Assembly (NCBI GenBank): GCA_000002445.1
Contig: CH464491.1
Span: 2,976,001 to 3,040,000, forward strand
Length of the DNA stretch: 64,000 nt
Direction: 5' to 3'
From: Trypanosoma brucei
Lineage: Eukaryota
Positions 20,608-33,480 of the stretch are shown here, one piece after another; within the stretch, counting starts at the first letter, position 1; every line of letters starts with the position of its first letter. Position numbers and translations under genes: made by a program. The notes beneath the pieces are model-generated. The model saw only the letters and a list, made by a program, of their open reading frames with translations. It ran no database searches and had not been told where the DNA came from.

Positions 20608-23600
20608 TTTCCAACGGTCTATTCTCGGGTTACCTCTTCTGGATTTTTACCGAAGTAGTCCCGCTGTCTTTACATGTGCGTAGCGACGCTGGTTGCCGCT
20701 GCATGTTTTGTCTTCCGTCTTAAGGTTGCGGTGGCCCAAAAGTCTACAAGCTGTTTGGAGGCTACTGTGGCGCACGGCGTCTGTTTTGTGGCCCTGTCGA
20801 ATGTTGCTTTTTGTCATTTGTGTTGCGTGCATGTCGTGAGCGGTGGATAAAGATATGCGACATTTACAGTATATGCTGGTTTCAACAGGTAATGCTGGTG
20901 CCTACTAGGTCGTAAAATGTCGTTACGGGACCTTGCAAATTTTGGACGGCGTCGAATAAGAGGAGTGCCGAATGCAAAGGTGTTGTTGCACTAACCTTAG
21001 GAATGCGAAAATTTCGTGTTGAAGTACCTGCTGCATTCGCATACAGGTAGAGAATTGGTTGATAATACTTTCCGGCCTCCGAGTTACGTCACTCTGTTAG
21101 AGAGCAGAGTTGATTTTTTATTAATGTGGCAATCGGGACGTATATGGTACATGTCAACCCCTTGTTGCCACGGTGAGGTCTGTGACAGGTGTGCGTGCTG
21201 TTTTCACGTTAGAATCGTGTAATAAGTGTTTACAAGGTTGGGAAATCTGACATTTCTTCCACCCAAATTCTCAAACGCGTTTCCTCGTATGGAATCTGCG
21301 TTGGTTTTTGGTTGATTTGTATACACAGGACTAATGTTTTTTGTACTCGACGGTGAGGGTTGCCGGAAATATCAGGATGGTGTTAATAACCCTCCCCCCA
21401 TCAAGGATAATAAGCAAAAGGAGGGAGGCGGGAGCGGGGGGCCATTTGCTGACTGTTTGGCCTTTGGCGCGGAGAGGGGCTTGACGAGGTACAATGTGTA
21501 GAAATTTGAAACTTTTGTTTTCTATCATTGGAATTATATATATTTCTCCGTGTAGTGAAATGATCCTTTGACGGAACTTGAAAGTTTTTTTAATGATCTC
21601 TCTCTCTGTTTTTGTGGAGTAGCAGCCGCTTTTCTTTCATTTACTTTGAATGTATTAATGTGCTTAGGGGAAAAGACGCTTACTCGTGTTTCCCTGCTGG
21701 TACACTCACCGACATTTTATTAGGACAAACACACCCGCGTATATAAACAAAACAATTTTGATGTTGCGGCGGTTGCTACTGAAACAATGGTGCCAGCCAA
21801 ACGGTGGATGACTGGGATAAAACTTCGATACCATTGTGGAACGAGTAGAGGGGAAATAAAGTTGGTGCTGCCCTAGCCGTCCCAGAACTCTTTAGATCCA
21901 CCCCGCTGGGACGACCCCATCTGTATACCATGGGATGTGATACCCAATTGGCACTCTTTTTGCATTTCCCCCCCTCCAGGATAGGAGCCGGGGGCGTTTA
22001 TCATGCTCTTTTAAAATTTCTGTTGATAGGTCTTCACCATTTTCAGAAAAGAAACAAAACAGTTCGTGCAGGCAGGGTTCCGTTCTAAGTCGCTTGGACT
22101 GGGAGCGGACTTGCTAAACGTGTCTGATTTCTGACACACTTGGTGTGATCGTCACCGTAAACACAGACGTCTTGGCGATGCTCCCCCCGTAACTGGCTGA
22201 TTGTAGGTTGCACACATTTTGCACGGCTTGTTACCACGGCGTGTGAGGGAGGTGCGATACTAACGACCATAGAAAAACAATCGAAAAAAAGGTCCGCCCC
22301 TTCGTTTGCCATGAGTGAGATTATGTGAGCTACCTCAGCGATCTTTCCTGGATTCAGTGAGAATGCGTATTGAATCCTATTGAGACCCTAGGGATGCACG
22401 GCGGTGTAATTGTCCATAGATGTCTATAACCCGTGGTACATTTCCAAGTAAGGTATGTTGAACGCATTCGTTTATCGGTCGTCCGTTTAGCAATGGCCAA
22501 GAAGGGTTAAAAACTCAAGACATTGGAGCCTTCGCGATTGTGGTGTGGGGAATAATGACGTATACATGTACGTAATGTTCGACGGCATTTGGCCCATCTC
22601 AAAATGGAGTTCGTTTTGGTGGGTTCGGACTAAACATGGACTTAATTTATTAAAGACGGTGAGCAGATGATTTGTTGCAATACGTAAATAAGTTTCCCCA
22701 AGGAGAAACCTGGCGAATATTTTTGGCATGTGATAGCATATTAACCGTCAAATGTAACACCCCATTCAGCGGCAAAACCTCTTTCTGAAACCTTGCTCGT
22801 TCGTTTTACTACCATCACGCTCATATCCGGCCCTTAAGGGGCTGAAAGGTTTGCAAGCGGCTCCGTCGATAATTTCCTATCGACGTGGTCTATTCGCATA
22901 GCATGTGTTGTATCATACTGTGTTCATTTTTGTCGATGGGTGCATGTGTGTGGGCGCTTCGTATTTTTTCCAATTTTACTTCATCCGAGCAACGAAGTCA
23001 AATAACACCATTCGAAGCAAACTATGGAACCCCTGCGTTGTCATCGCAATTTAAGAAGTAGACTATGCACGTGTAGACGCTAACACCCCCTTTTTTTTTT
23101 GGGGGGGGGGTGATTGATTGAAAATATTGTTGTTGACATTCCGATCATTACTTTGGTTACCGGAGTGGCAATCCCGCCTGAAAGCGTCGCGCAGGTAAGC
23201 CTTTTTATCATTATGTATGCGTTTCGGTATATATATATATTAGGCTCAGTACTTGCCGTCTCTGTTTTACTCGGGTTATGGCTGCTGCTACCCTACTGTT
23301 ACCTTGTTATTTGTCAGCGGTTGGGGTCTCTTCATTTTTACAGTGGAGGTGCTTGTGGATAAGAGGCACCTACGAACTAACGTAGGTTTGTACCAATCAC
23401 TCACTCATGCCATCTGCCATGAGGCGGGTGCTAGCGGAGATAGGCACGTCTTTCCCGTAGAGTAACCTGCGCTTTTTTGACTGCTGCGGTGTTTGGTTAG
23501 TGCAATCTACAAGTTTACGTGATTATTTGTGGTAGTTCCTTTTTTTTTTTTGAGGAAAGAAAAGTGTCTTTGCACCATAACGCTGTATCCAAGCTATTGC

Positions 23601-26300
23601 CGGCGCCATGGAAAGATATTTTCATATGTATATTACATACAACTTAATTTCCAGGGAATGCGCTCAGTGTATGAATGCTGTACACATTCTTTTTTTTTTT
23701 TGCATTCTTTGCCTGGAAACAGCGGTAAATGTGAACTGCCTGAAAGTGTGTCTAAGTTATTTTTTCCATTCACTTCACCGCCCAACTCGGTGTGGTTGAG
23801 TTTCCCATGGCCCAGTCGGTGTGATATCTGTTATTACATATTTTTTGCGACCATTTTGTTTCGCGTTTTCTACTTGAGCATGTTATGACCATGACCACCA
23901 AAAGGATCAGAATTACCATTTCCCACTGTGTTTTTCTCTACTAACGCCTCAACGCCAGTGCCGCGCCAGCAAACATCTTATATCATAGGGGAAGAATTGT
24001 TTGCAGTCTGAATCAATTGTGTTTGGGTAGTACTGGATCGTGCTCCTGTTTTCACATTTTGAGATGTTGCGAGTGAAAAGGATACCAAGGGACCGCTTAC
24101 CGGCTTCTACTTACTCGGCCGCGGCTGTACGCCTCTTGTAAGCATATTCTTAAGTTGCTCCCTTTTCATGTCTCGGGTGGGTGTTTAATGAAATCGGTTT
24201 ACAAACTACTAGATTGCACTTCAGATGATAGGAGGGAGCTGGAACTCAAGACAGTTGGAGTGCCCGTTTCTGGGTAGCAAGGGGGGGGGGGGAAATTGAT
24301 GTTCTTTGTTCTAAGAAGTTGCTTTTGTATGCGGGATGGAGGTTCGACAAGGCTTCTGCTTTGCGGTAGAGGTTGCTGTTAGCACTGATTTCACTCGTAC
24401 TTGGGGGGAACCCTGCCATTAATAAGCAGTATGTTTGAGGGAGCAGCTCATCTTTCTTATTATTGTGCAGTGCCCCGTTCCACCTTTCTGCTGGGTCCGC
24501 GCAGTTCTCTCAGCAACGTGTGCGCGGATCTAATCCATAGATTCAAGGAACGAAGTCTTTTTCGACGGTCATAGCTGTTGAACTTCCGGCTCGGTTGGGT
24601 CATGAGCAGTGAATCGTGGTAGCGGTGCACCAGAGGTGTGGGTCTCTGTTACAATTTTAAAGGTTGCTATTGGTTTGCACGATCACATCAGAGTTGACAC
24701 AGCACTTGCACTCCTGCTGGGGTCCAGGGTGTATTGAGTGACTTGCACCTTCCTGGTGCCGTCGGTTACCGGTTCCTGCGAAAAACTTTTTGGCACGTGT
24801 TGACGAACCCCGCTGCTGGTGTGTGGTGTTCTGTGCAAACTTTTTTTTTTTGAGCAGCACTAATTTCCAGCCAGCTGAGGATCTTTTCTACAGCAAAGTG
24901 GGGAGGGCAGGGAGACCTCGTGCTGGGACTGATGAAAACGCGCTTTCTTAAAAACATGGTTAGTGTACCGCTCTCCTTGTTGTTCCGAAAGCGAGTATGT
25001 TTCGGAGTTGTCTTGCCTCCAGCAACATGATTTGCAGTGAATTTCAACTGCTAAAAACAATGTGAATGCCCAAGGCGTAACATGCTTGCTGTTCCGCCAA
25101 ATAAACTAGTGTGTGATTGTGCTAAAAGGAAATGCAAAAGGATTTGAAACCTTACGTTCAGATCTTAAAGAACTGTGAGACCCCTTTTTTTCTGGATGGC
25201 ACTCAATTACTTCCCTGGTTGGAGGAGTCACAGTTACAACCTGGCCAACTTACATGTCGTAGTACAAGCCCCCCTTTCAAGAAGGTAGCTCTGGGTTAAG
25301 CAGAAGCTGTTATGTGATGCCTGCTATTTATACCGCGGTTCTGACTCACTTCTTTTCGTGCTATCAACAGCGGTTTCTTTGCACTGGTCGACGACTAGTG
25401 TGATTTAACGGGAATTTGTTGTGGTAGGTAGCCGAAATTGGCTTCAGGTGCATCACGTAAAATTCCTCACCAGTTGTATTTTCGTCGGCACATCCTCGTC
25501 ATCGGAATCTGTTGTCGCACTACCTTGAGTGGATCCGTGACAGAGTGGGTAATTTCCGGGGCGTTGTTCTGGTGCTTACTAGAGTGGGCTCGTTGTTTTC
25601 AAGTCAAACATATCTTCAGGATAAGGGGCGCCAATAGGCACGTGGCTACCCCCTCCCCTAGTGAGAGGATTTGTCGCGCTTTTGGCGGGTGTATCCAGCC
25701 GTTTTTTTTTTGCTGAACCGCTACGGCTCGTGGGGCTTGGCATTATGCTGGTGCCGAGTGCCTATGCTTAACAGAAGAGTCGGCAATCGTTAAGTGTCCC
25801 CTGTGTTGCTGAAGGAGGGGTCTTCTGGTGAACCGGCTCCGTTTCGCTAAAGTTCCCTTAGTTTTCGGCGGCGGCGTTACGTGGTCAGAAATTGTTGTGA
25901 TTACTGCCAAGGCACTGCGGTAGTTGCTGTGTTAACACGCTCAGGGACTACTTAATCTTTTACTGAGCTGTGCGCTCTCGTGTTTGCACCGTTCTCCATG
26001 GGTTGCCTAACGGAACAGCACTGTGTGCGGCAAGTCGAAGGAAGTAATTAGCCATGCAGGTGAGAAGATGCCACCCACACCAAGTGGTGATGTTACTGGT
26101 TCCGTGGGTGGTTATATCGACTGAAGCAAACAAAAACATATGGTTATAGTATTGGTTTTCGCAACTGTCGCTTCAGCTGCGGCGGCTGACGAGGCCCACA
26201 GGCTGTGAAGCACTCGTCGGTGTCGACCCTTTTTATCTTTCTTGAGACCGCACTTGTCAAACATTTCATCTTGATACCCCTACTTGTAGGCAGCGCGGCG
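20608..26300. other. About 5.7 kb ORF-poor, non-repetitive region; candidate divergent strand-switch / transcription initiation region
   Basis: No ORF over 120 aa in any frame. Complex sequence with scattered G-rich and poly-T tracts. It lies between the minus-strand sialidase gene and the downstream + strand gene cluster that starts with the cullin gene. Confidence 0.4.
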
Positions 26301-26703
26301 CCTTTGTGGTTTGACATTTGGCACCACTAAACATGTGTGTTGTTGTCTCAGGGTTCGGTCCTCCGGCTACGTTTAACGGGGGTTATGTGAGAATGATAGG
26401 GGAGGGTTTCCGTTTTTTCGCCACCATCTGGGTGATGTGGGTGGTGGCGTTATCAACTGAAATACAGTTGCTGTTTGCGCGCGCTGGCGTCAGCAAGGGG
26501 GGATATCGTTATGGTCTTAGTACTTTTATTATTTTACTCGCACAAGTGTTTCTTGGTACGGAATGGAGTCGTACTCTTCGTATCAAGTTTCTTACGCTTT
26601 ACCATTGCTGCTTAAGTAAAGAAAAAAATAATCACCATTATGATCTGTATCTGTTTGTACCACGCTTCAGTGAAGGCTCAAGGTTATCTACGTAGTAATA
26701 CAC

Positions 26704-29160
26704 GTGTATATTGCGCGTGGGAGGAGAGGCGCTGGTAAACGGATGGAGCAGACCAACCATGACGATGTCAGCTCTGCTGAAGTTGCGAGGGCTTACTCAG
26801 GATCTTTGGGTGCATCATCGTTTCAGTTTACTCCCCTTTGGGAAAGCGTTGACTACGTTTGTAGTATTATACTAAGTTGGTATGACTTCCCTGATTTCAA
26901 AGGTGGAGAGGCGCTGCAACAGCTTGTGCGTGCGTACACAATCGTCTGCCGGTTAGTTTCTTCCCCTTGTGCTGGGTGCCCACCACTCGCTAGACCCTCA
27001 GTGGAGGGAGATATTGTTACTGCTGCTGAGGTTACGCAGTCTTTGGTGGTTTATAGCCGTATCTGCGATATGATACGCAAGAGACTGGATACCGTAGTTG
27101 GAATGCGCTTCAGGGATGCTGCGGAACAGCCACCCCCACGTCTTCTGGAGGACTACATTGTCGAATGGAAGAGGTTCATTACTTCCGTCAATATGCTGAA
27201 ATTCGTATTTTCTTATCTCCACGGACCATGGCAGAAATATGGCGTACCACCTGGTCTCATGCAGTCCACTGAGGTAATTGCCCTCAACAAGTGGAGCGAA
27301 ATGTTAATGAACACTAATTTTCAAGAGGCCCTTACCAACCAGATTTTTGAGCTTGTTGCCATGGATCGACATCACCATCCAAACATGGAAAGGGCTCAAA
27401 TTCTTCGGGAAGTGGGCCATGCTTTGGGTGTGGTAAGTGACGCAAGGAGTAACTGGTATGTTACCCTTGTGGAAGAGCGCTACCTCCGACAATTAACCGA
27501 TTTCTGTAAGCTTAAGACTGAAGAGATGAAACTGGGTGATGTTGAGCACTATATTGAAGAAGCCCTCACCATTTTCAGGGATGAGACGGAGCGCGCCATT
27601 CGCTTGCTGGCGCAGAGCTCGATACAGCCGGTGGTCCAACGAATAGCTGAGGTGCTCATCAATGACGAACTTTCATTCTTGGATGAGTTCATTTCCAGTG
27701 AAATAGTTAAAAATAGGGTGACTCAGCTGCGCCAGTTATACTCGTTGCTTTCACAAAGTCAAGTTGGACTGAGACATTTGAGGGATGAATTTAAAAAGTG
27801 TGTCATTGAAAAGGGGCGTCGTGAAATCAATGAGGCGTGCGAAAGGGCTAAGAACTCGAATACTGGCGTTTACCAAGTTGCCCTTGAAAAAGTTATTTCA
27901 GTGTACAGGGATTTTCAGTTACCAATGAAGGCCTTCGGGGATAAGGGGGATTTTGAGAAGGAGCTCATTGATGGGCTTCATAATGTCTTAACAGCTTGTT
28001 CCTATCTTGACCCCCAAAACATGTTGGGACGTGAGGTGGCGCGATTTGCTCACAACGAACTGATTTCCAGAAAATTGGGGGTCCGCTGCGAAGAAGACGA
28101 AGGAAATATGAATAACATTGTTATATTATTTCGCGTTCTTCCCACAAAGAACCTGTTTGTGGAAACATACCCTATGTACCTCTGCTCACGGCTCCTGTCT
28201 ACTGAGTATGTTGTTGAAAACGAGCGGTTGCTTATACAGGAAATAACACAGACGGGAGAATGCACGAGAGATTTTATGAACAAGTGCGCAACGATGTTGA
28301 ATGACGTGGGGGAAGTCAGTGAGAGGCTGTCAGAACAGTTTCGAGAGAAGGCGGGACTGACGGATTTGAACTTCCACCCAACTGTCCTGAATAGCTATTT
28401 CTGGCCAAATTTCTTACCTGAACCCGAGATGGCTATTCCTGGTTACTTGCAGATGAAGTTGTTGGAATTCGGGAAGTTTTTTCAGGATGTGTGTCCGAGA
28501 CGCCACATCAGCTACGTCAACAGGTTATCACAGGGTGTATTGAGGTTTAACCTTTCTGATGCTTCTCCAGTGCAAGGCTTGGACATCTGTGTGGGCGTCC
28601 GGCACCTACCGGTTGCTGAGTTATTCAACTGCTGTGCCGAATGGGAGCTTCAGGAGCTGATACAAAGTGTAGGAAATGATAACTCTAACAGCTGTTTAAG
28701 TGCTATAAATGATTTTGCGAAGCACGGTATACTCGATATTCACGAGGAGGGAGGTGTGACGTTGAAAAGCCACTTGCGGGAAGTTCTTCCAGGCTGCCGT
28801 GTTTCCATCGGACGCACGCCCGACATCAGGAACAGAAAGATAGTTTTGCATGAAACGAAGCTCGATCGAGAGACCAAAGTGGATGGAGCAGGTTCTTCTG
28901 ATTTCTCACCAGAACGCTACGATGTTAATACCACCACAGAGCAGATGGTAGCATTGTCCACACAGGCCACGCTTATTCGTGCGTTTAAAAGTGAAGGGAC
29001 TGCTTCTTTTTCGCAGTTGTTCGAAAGAGTCGAGAATGAGTCACCGGCGCACTTAAAGCCATCGATCCAACAGATGAAAGTAGCCTTGGAGTTTCTCATC
29101 AGCCGTGAATTCGTCCGAAGAAATGAAGACGGTACAGACACGTTTTCGTACGTTACATAA
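26704..29160 (+). CDS. Cullin
   Basis: 818-aa ORF. Cullin-repeat body and a C-terminal neddylation/winged-helix region (..IQQMKVALEFLISREFVRRNEDGTDTFSYVT). The true start may be the internal Met at 26743 (MEQTNHDD). Confidence 0.75.
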   Translation: MYIARGRRGAGKRMEQTNHDDVSSAEVARAYSGSLGASSFQFTPLWESVDYVCSIILSWYDFPDFKGGEALQQLVRAYTIVCRLVSSPCAGCPPLARPSVEGDIVTAAEVTQSLVVYSRICDMIRKRLDTVVGMRFRDAAEQPPPRLLEDYIVEWKRFITSVNMLKFVFSYLHGPWQKYGVPPGLMQSTEVIALNKWSEMLMNTNFQEALTNQIFELVAMDRHHHPNMERAQILREVGHALGVVSDARSNWYVTLVEERYLRQLTDFCKLKTEEMKLGDVEHYIEEALTIFRDETERAIRLLAQSSIQPVVQRIAEVLINDELSFLDEFISSEIVKNRVTQLRQLYSLLSQSQVGLRHLRDEFKKCVIEKGRREINEACERAKNSNTGVYQVALEKVISVYRDFQLPMKAFGDKGDFEKELIDGLHNVLTACSYLDPQNMLGREVARFAHNELISRKLGVRCEEDEGNMNNIVILFRVLPTKNLFVETYPMYLCSRLLSTEYVVENERLLIQEITQTGECTRDFMNKCATMLNDVGEVSERLSEQFREKAGLTDLNFHPTVLNSYFWPNFLPEPEMAIPGYLQMKLLEFGKFFQDVCPRRHISYVNRLSQGVLRFNLSDASPVQGLDICVGVRHLPVAELFNCCAEWELQELIQSVGNDNSNSCLSAINDFAKHGILDIHEEGGVTLKSHLREVLPGCRVSIGRTPDIRNRKIVLHETKLDRETKVDGAGSSDFSPERYDVNTTTEQMVALSTQATLIRAFKSEGTASFSQLFERVENESPAHLKPSIQQMKVALEFLISREFVRRNEDGTDTFSYVT

Positions 29161-30438
29161 AAATTTTACTTTTGCGCATTGTTAGAGCTTCAGCTTGATG
29201 TTGTTACTGTTCGGCAGAGAGCTAGGACTTTTGACAGAGAGGTGGGAGTTGTGAATACGTTTGAGCGGATCAGGGTCTAGCAGGAAGAGAGAAGACCCCT
29301 TCTGTGTTTTTCGTTTCTACTCGTCGACAATTTCGTCTCTACTGTGTTTCACATATCGTAAGAAAAGAGTGAGTCTGATCTAAACTGATTGCGTGAATGG
29401 AAGCAATTGTGCCGCGCCGAGTTACCTTTGAAAGGAGAGCGGGGAAAGGGATGAGAACGAGTTTTTGACTGCACTACTGCTTTTCATCATTTTCCTCACC
29501 GGAGGAATTAAGCCCCTTCGCCGCTGTCGCATTAACCCTAACTTCGAAGTAAGATCGCTAGTACACGGGTGCGCCTGCATACGTAACTGCCGTCTCTGTG
29601 TGTATTCGTGCTGTTGTGCACCCCATTTTGAAAAGGGGCGTTACTTGGAATCCAGCCGGGGGCTTGCTGCCTTTGAGATGCATAGGGAGAAGCAAGGCAA
29701 GGGAAATGTTTTTTAATAGTGGTAGATCTTTGTTTTTTTTTGCCTTTGCCAGCACCTGCTCTTTTTTAACGCCGTTTCATGACGTGGTACGATTCGTGAA
29801 GACAACCTTTTGACTGTTACTTCATCCGCGTTGGGTCGCTGGGGAAGTGGAATTGCGCAAACGGCCTTCCATTGGTTGTGGGTGTCGTCGAATTTTGTGT
29901 ATGCAACCTTTACTTCTCTGTATGTACCAGGCCTCCGATGTTGGTTGTGTTTGACCGTGTTCGTGTATGCGGTTGGTGGGATTGTTAGGGGCCAATCGAC
30001 ATGGGGGAGAGTGATGAAGGAAACCTCATGTGCGTGGTGTCAACATTCTAATGTTTGTAAGGAGAAGGAGTTGTGGATATGTTTTTCAAAGTATTGTCGT
30101 GGAGAAGCGAAGCAACAAGGCCCGTAATTGTGCTTGTTAACTGGTGTGCGTCTACGGGCACATTCTTTTGCCTTCAGTCCATGTTCATTTTTTTGTGGCC
30201 TCTCAGCAAGGGGGAGCGATGATCTTTCAAGAAAACTGCTTATCTTTACCCTCCTTTCCTGTATACTTACTTTTCCCTCCTATTTTTACACGTTGTAAGT
30301 CCTGTAAACGATTCGTTGCCCTACACCGGCATTGGGAGGCAAAGCGTCAACGCAAAGCAAGAGGAGGGAGTAAGTCTTCACAAAGTACTGGAAGGACACC
30401 CCGAGTTGTACTGCCAAGCTCGCAGGACTAGGCACACA

Positions 30439-30711
30439 ATGACGCAGCTCCCCTCAGCAACCATTAAGCTCATAGAGATGCCGAAACATATGGAGAATTA
30501 TGCCGTTAACTGTGCGCAAGATGGTTTTACGAAGTACTACACCGAGAAGGACGTAGCCTCTCATATCAAGAAGGAGTTTGATAAAAAGTACGGACCAACG
30601 TGGAACTGCTTCGTTGGACGTAACTTTGCCAGCTATGTTACCCACGAAACGAAACACTACATATATTTCTACATGGGGCAGATGGGTGTGCTTCTTTTCA
30701 AGTCGTCATGA
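30439..30711 (+). CDS. DYNLL: Dynein light chain LC8
   Basis: [46 protein letters not shown] is near-identical to the conserved LC8 core. The ORF track starts earlier at 30316, but the LC8-length product begins at Met 30439. Confidence 0.9.
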   Translation: MTQLPSATIKLIEMPKHMENYAVNCAQDGFTKYYTEKDVASHIKKEFDKKYGPTWNCFVGRNFASYVTHETKHYIYFYMGQMGVLLFKSS

Positions 30712-31802
30712 GGACCTGTTATTGTTCCGCACATTCTACGTCAGTGCCTTCACTACCCTTTGATGCCCAATGGACCAAAGGGTGGCATCACTGATGATTT
30801 TTGTTCCCCTTTCCCTTCGCTCCCGTTTAGTGTGTGTTTCGTTTCTTCATAGACCTAGAGTTGTGAGGAGTGTAGGACGTGCATTTGTCTCGGTTTCAGT
30901 GCTTCACCTTTCAGTTAAGACTGCTCTTGAAAGTTACCCTACCCTTAAAGCCCCGTTTGTCGTCGTGTGATTAAGGAAACAAGAATGAAATGAAGCAAAC
31001 TTTTAAAAAAAGGGTGCTAAGAGGAAAAGGAAAACGTGAAAATGTATATGTTGGCCAGAACCGGAGGGGTGGCGACTCTTGCGACTTCTTCCCAAGTGGT
31101 CTTCCCCCTTCTGTGGCTTCGATTTGTTCTGTACATGTCGTTATTCGTAAATATTGTATATAGAATAATTCATTGGCTGCAAATTCTCTTGCGAGGAACT
31201 CATCTTCGTTCCTTTGGTTTGATAAGTGTTACATCCTGAAATTTTAACGGTTCTATTTGACACCCCCCCTTTTTTTTTTCCTGTGACTCTTTTGGGGATG
31301 GCCTATAAGGTTTAGATGGCGGCACGGAAACGAGGAAAAGCTGTTCAATTACTTGCACATGGCTGATGGTAGACACTGTTTTCCCAAATAAAAAAAAATT
31401 TAATTCACATGCAAGGCCTTGTGCGGAATGATGGCCGTTGCTGTGCAGTGAGGGAAACCAGCTGTAGTTGTGTGTTTGTGTGTGTGTGTTGCTCTCTTTC
31501 TGTACAACTTTCCGTAATGCTTTGGGAATGCCCGCGATTTTTGCTGTTGGGTCGGTGCTCCGGGAGAGACGTGGGGTGGGCTCCGTTGGTTGGCAAGGAT
31601 AACCTTCATGTTAGCCCGCGGGGCGAGACATGGGTGTTCACTCCCGATGGATCGAGAGGTCAGTTTCTCTCGATGGTGTGGCAACTGCGTAATTTTGGCG
31701 TTCGCAGTTAACTCTTGTTTGGAGGTGAAGTCACATGTGCCCCAGTCTTGTTTCACTTCCCCCCGCGCGGCCTCGCTCTGTCATTGACCACAAATATCCC
31801 TC

Positions 31803-33335
31803 ATGAACTTTCCCCTTCAATTTTCACTGAACACACCCCTCCCTAGTGCTCAATCGCGCGTGATCGTGACGAGAAACGGTTATGGCAGGCCAGCTGTGTG
31901 CTATCTGGTGGTTTTCTTGAAAAGTTCATACGAACTGTTATTAAAGGTTGCGCTGCCCGTCGGGGAGTCCATGCCAGCGATGAAAAATAATTGTGCCGAC
32001 ATACGGCAAGCAACAATTGAGTGGTTTCATACCAATCAGCGCCGCGACCTACCGTGGCGACAGACATTTTCCGACACAGATGCGTGTCATCCGGTGGTAC
32101 CCGTTGTTACTCCTCTGACTGATCCCTATCATGTGTGGGTCTCAGAGGTGATGTCGCAGCAAACGCAGATGGACACTGTCATTCCCTACTTCAAGCGATG
32201 GATAGCGGTCTTTCCGGATATTGCCACTTTGGCTCGAGCCACAGAGGCGTCTGTCATGGCGGTTTGGTCGGGCATGGGCTATTACCGCCGCGCGCTGTAC
32301 TTGAAAAAAGGCGCAGAACATGTCATGAAGCACTTTGGGGGCTCATTGCCAACTACTGCGGCTCAGCTACGTGCAATCCCTGGTATTGGCCTCTACACTT
32401 CGGCGGCTATTGCTTCCATTTGCTTTCGTGAAAGAATTATTTCAGTGGACGGTAATGTTGTGCGTGTTTTGAGTCGGTTGCGCTGCGAGAGAAATTTTGA
32501 CCCCAAGTCCGCCAAGAGTATCAAAGAAGTATTCCACTGGGGGCAGGAAATTATGGGGGAGGGTCCTTGTGACCGCCCCGGGGACTTCAACCAAGGCTTA
32601 ATGGAGATTGGAGCGAGGGTATGCAAACCGTCCGGCAGGCCGCTTTGTGAGGAGTGCCCGCTTCACCGTTATTGTGGGGCATACGCCGCAATGCAGAGCG
32701 GTGAGATACCTTCCATTGAGGGCGTCATTCCACTGAGAGCGAAAACACTCAAAAAGAAGAAAGAGCATGTTTTTTGCTTAGTTCATGAATTTCGAGAGAA
32801 AACGGCGGGTGACAGTGCGTTGAAGCGGCGCTTCATTGTTGTACGGCGTCCAGAAGAAGGGCTCTTGGGCGGTATGTTGGAATTCCCCTCCAGGACGTAT
32901 GTTTCTTCACCTGATGGTGGTACTGACATAAAAGGGAGCAGAGACGTTACCGATGAGTTGCGCAAGAAACTTGCTGCTGGACACAAAAATGTAGTGGAGG
33001 TCGGGCATGTTCAGCACATATTTTCCCACATTGATATGCGTGTGCTGGTCTATCACGCTGTCTGGGATGGGCCGTCGTTAGATTGTGGTGGCTACACGAG
33101 GGGCACGGACCCCAGAGTTGCTGCTCGACGCCCTTCCGAAGAAAAGATATGCAACGCCCTGAGAAGAGAGCTTTGTCTGGACTCTTCACGCATTTCCGTG
33201 AAGACGGAGGAGGAGATAAAGGGTGCTGCTGCTAGTCGCTTGTTGCTGAAAATACTTGACAAGCTAACTCCACTTAATTCCGAAGGGAGGGTGCGAAAAC
33301 CATCAACGAGGAAACGACCTAGATTGGCCGGATAG
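31803..33335 (+). CDS. A/G-specific adenine DNA glycosylase (MutY homologue)
   Basis: HhH-GPD region (VSEVMSQQTQMDTVIPYFKRWIAVFPDIATLA..., IPGIGLYTSAAIASICF), a 4Fe-4S loop (CKPSGRPLCEECPLHRYC), and a C-terminal NUDIX-like domain. The likely true start is Met at 31971. Confidence 0.8.
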   Translation: MNFPLQFSLNTPLPSAQSRVIVTRNGYGRPAVCYLVVFLKSSYELLLKVALPVGESMPAMKNNCADIRQATIEWFHTNQRRDLPWRQTFSDTDACHPVVPVVTPLTDPYHVWVSEVMSQQTQMDTVIPYFKRWIAVFPDIATLARATEASVMAVWSGMGYYRRALYLKKGAEHVMKHFGGSLPTTAAQLRAIPGIGLYTSAAIASICFRERIISVDGNVVRVLSRLRCERNFDPKSAKSIKEVFHWGQEIMGEGPCDRPGDFNQGLMEIGARVCKPSGRPLCEECPLHRYCGAYAAMQSGEIPSIEGVIPLRAKTLKKKKEHVFCLVHEFREKTAGDSALKRRFIVVRRPEEGLLGGMLEFPSRTYVSSPDGGTDIKGSRDVTDELRKKLAAGHKNVVEVGHVQHIFSHIDMRVLVYHAVWDGPSLDCGGYTRGTDPRVAARRPSEEKICNALRRELCLDSSRISVKTEEEIKGAAASRLLLKILDKLTPLNSEGRVRKPSTRKRPRLAG

Positions 33336-33480
33336 GAGTTTCCAATCAATTTGGCCGAACCGGCTTCTGTGGGAGGATATGTCGGAGCGGCGGTACTCCA
33401 CCTGTGTTGCACGCACACAGAAGAAAAGGAAGACGTATACGCATGAGCTGTAGTGCCCGCTGTGGTGCCGTTGGTGGATA

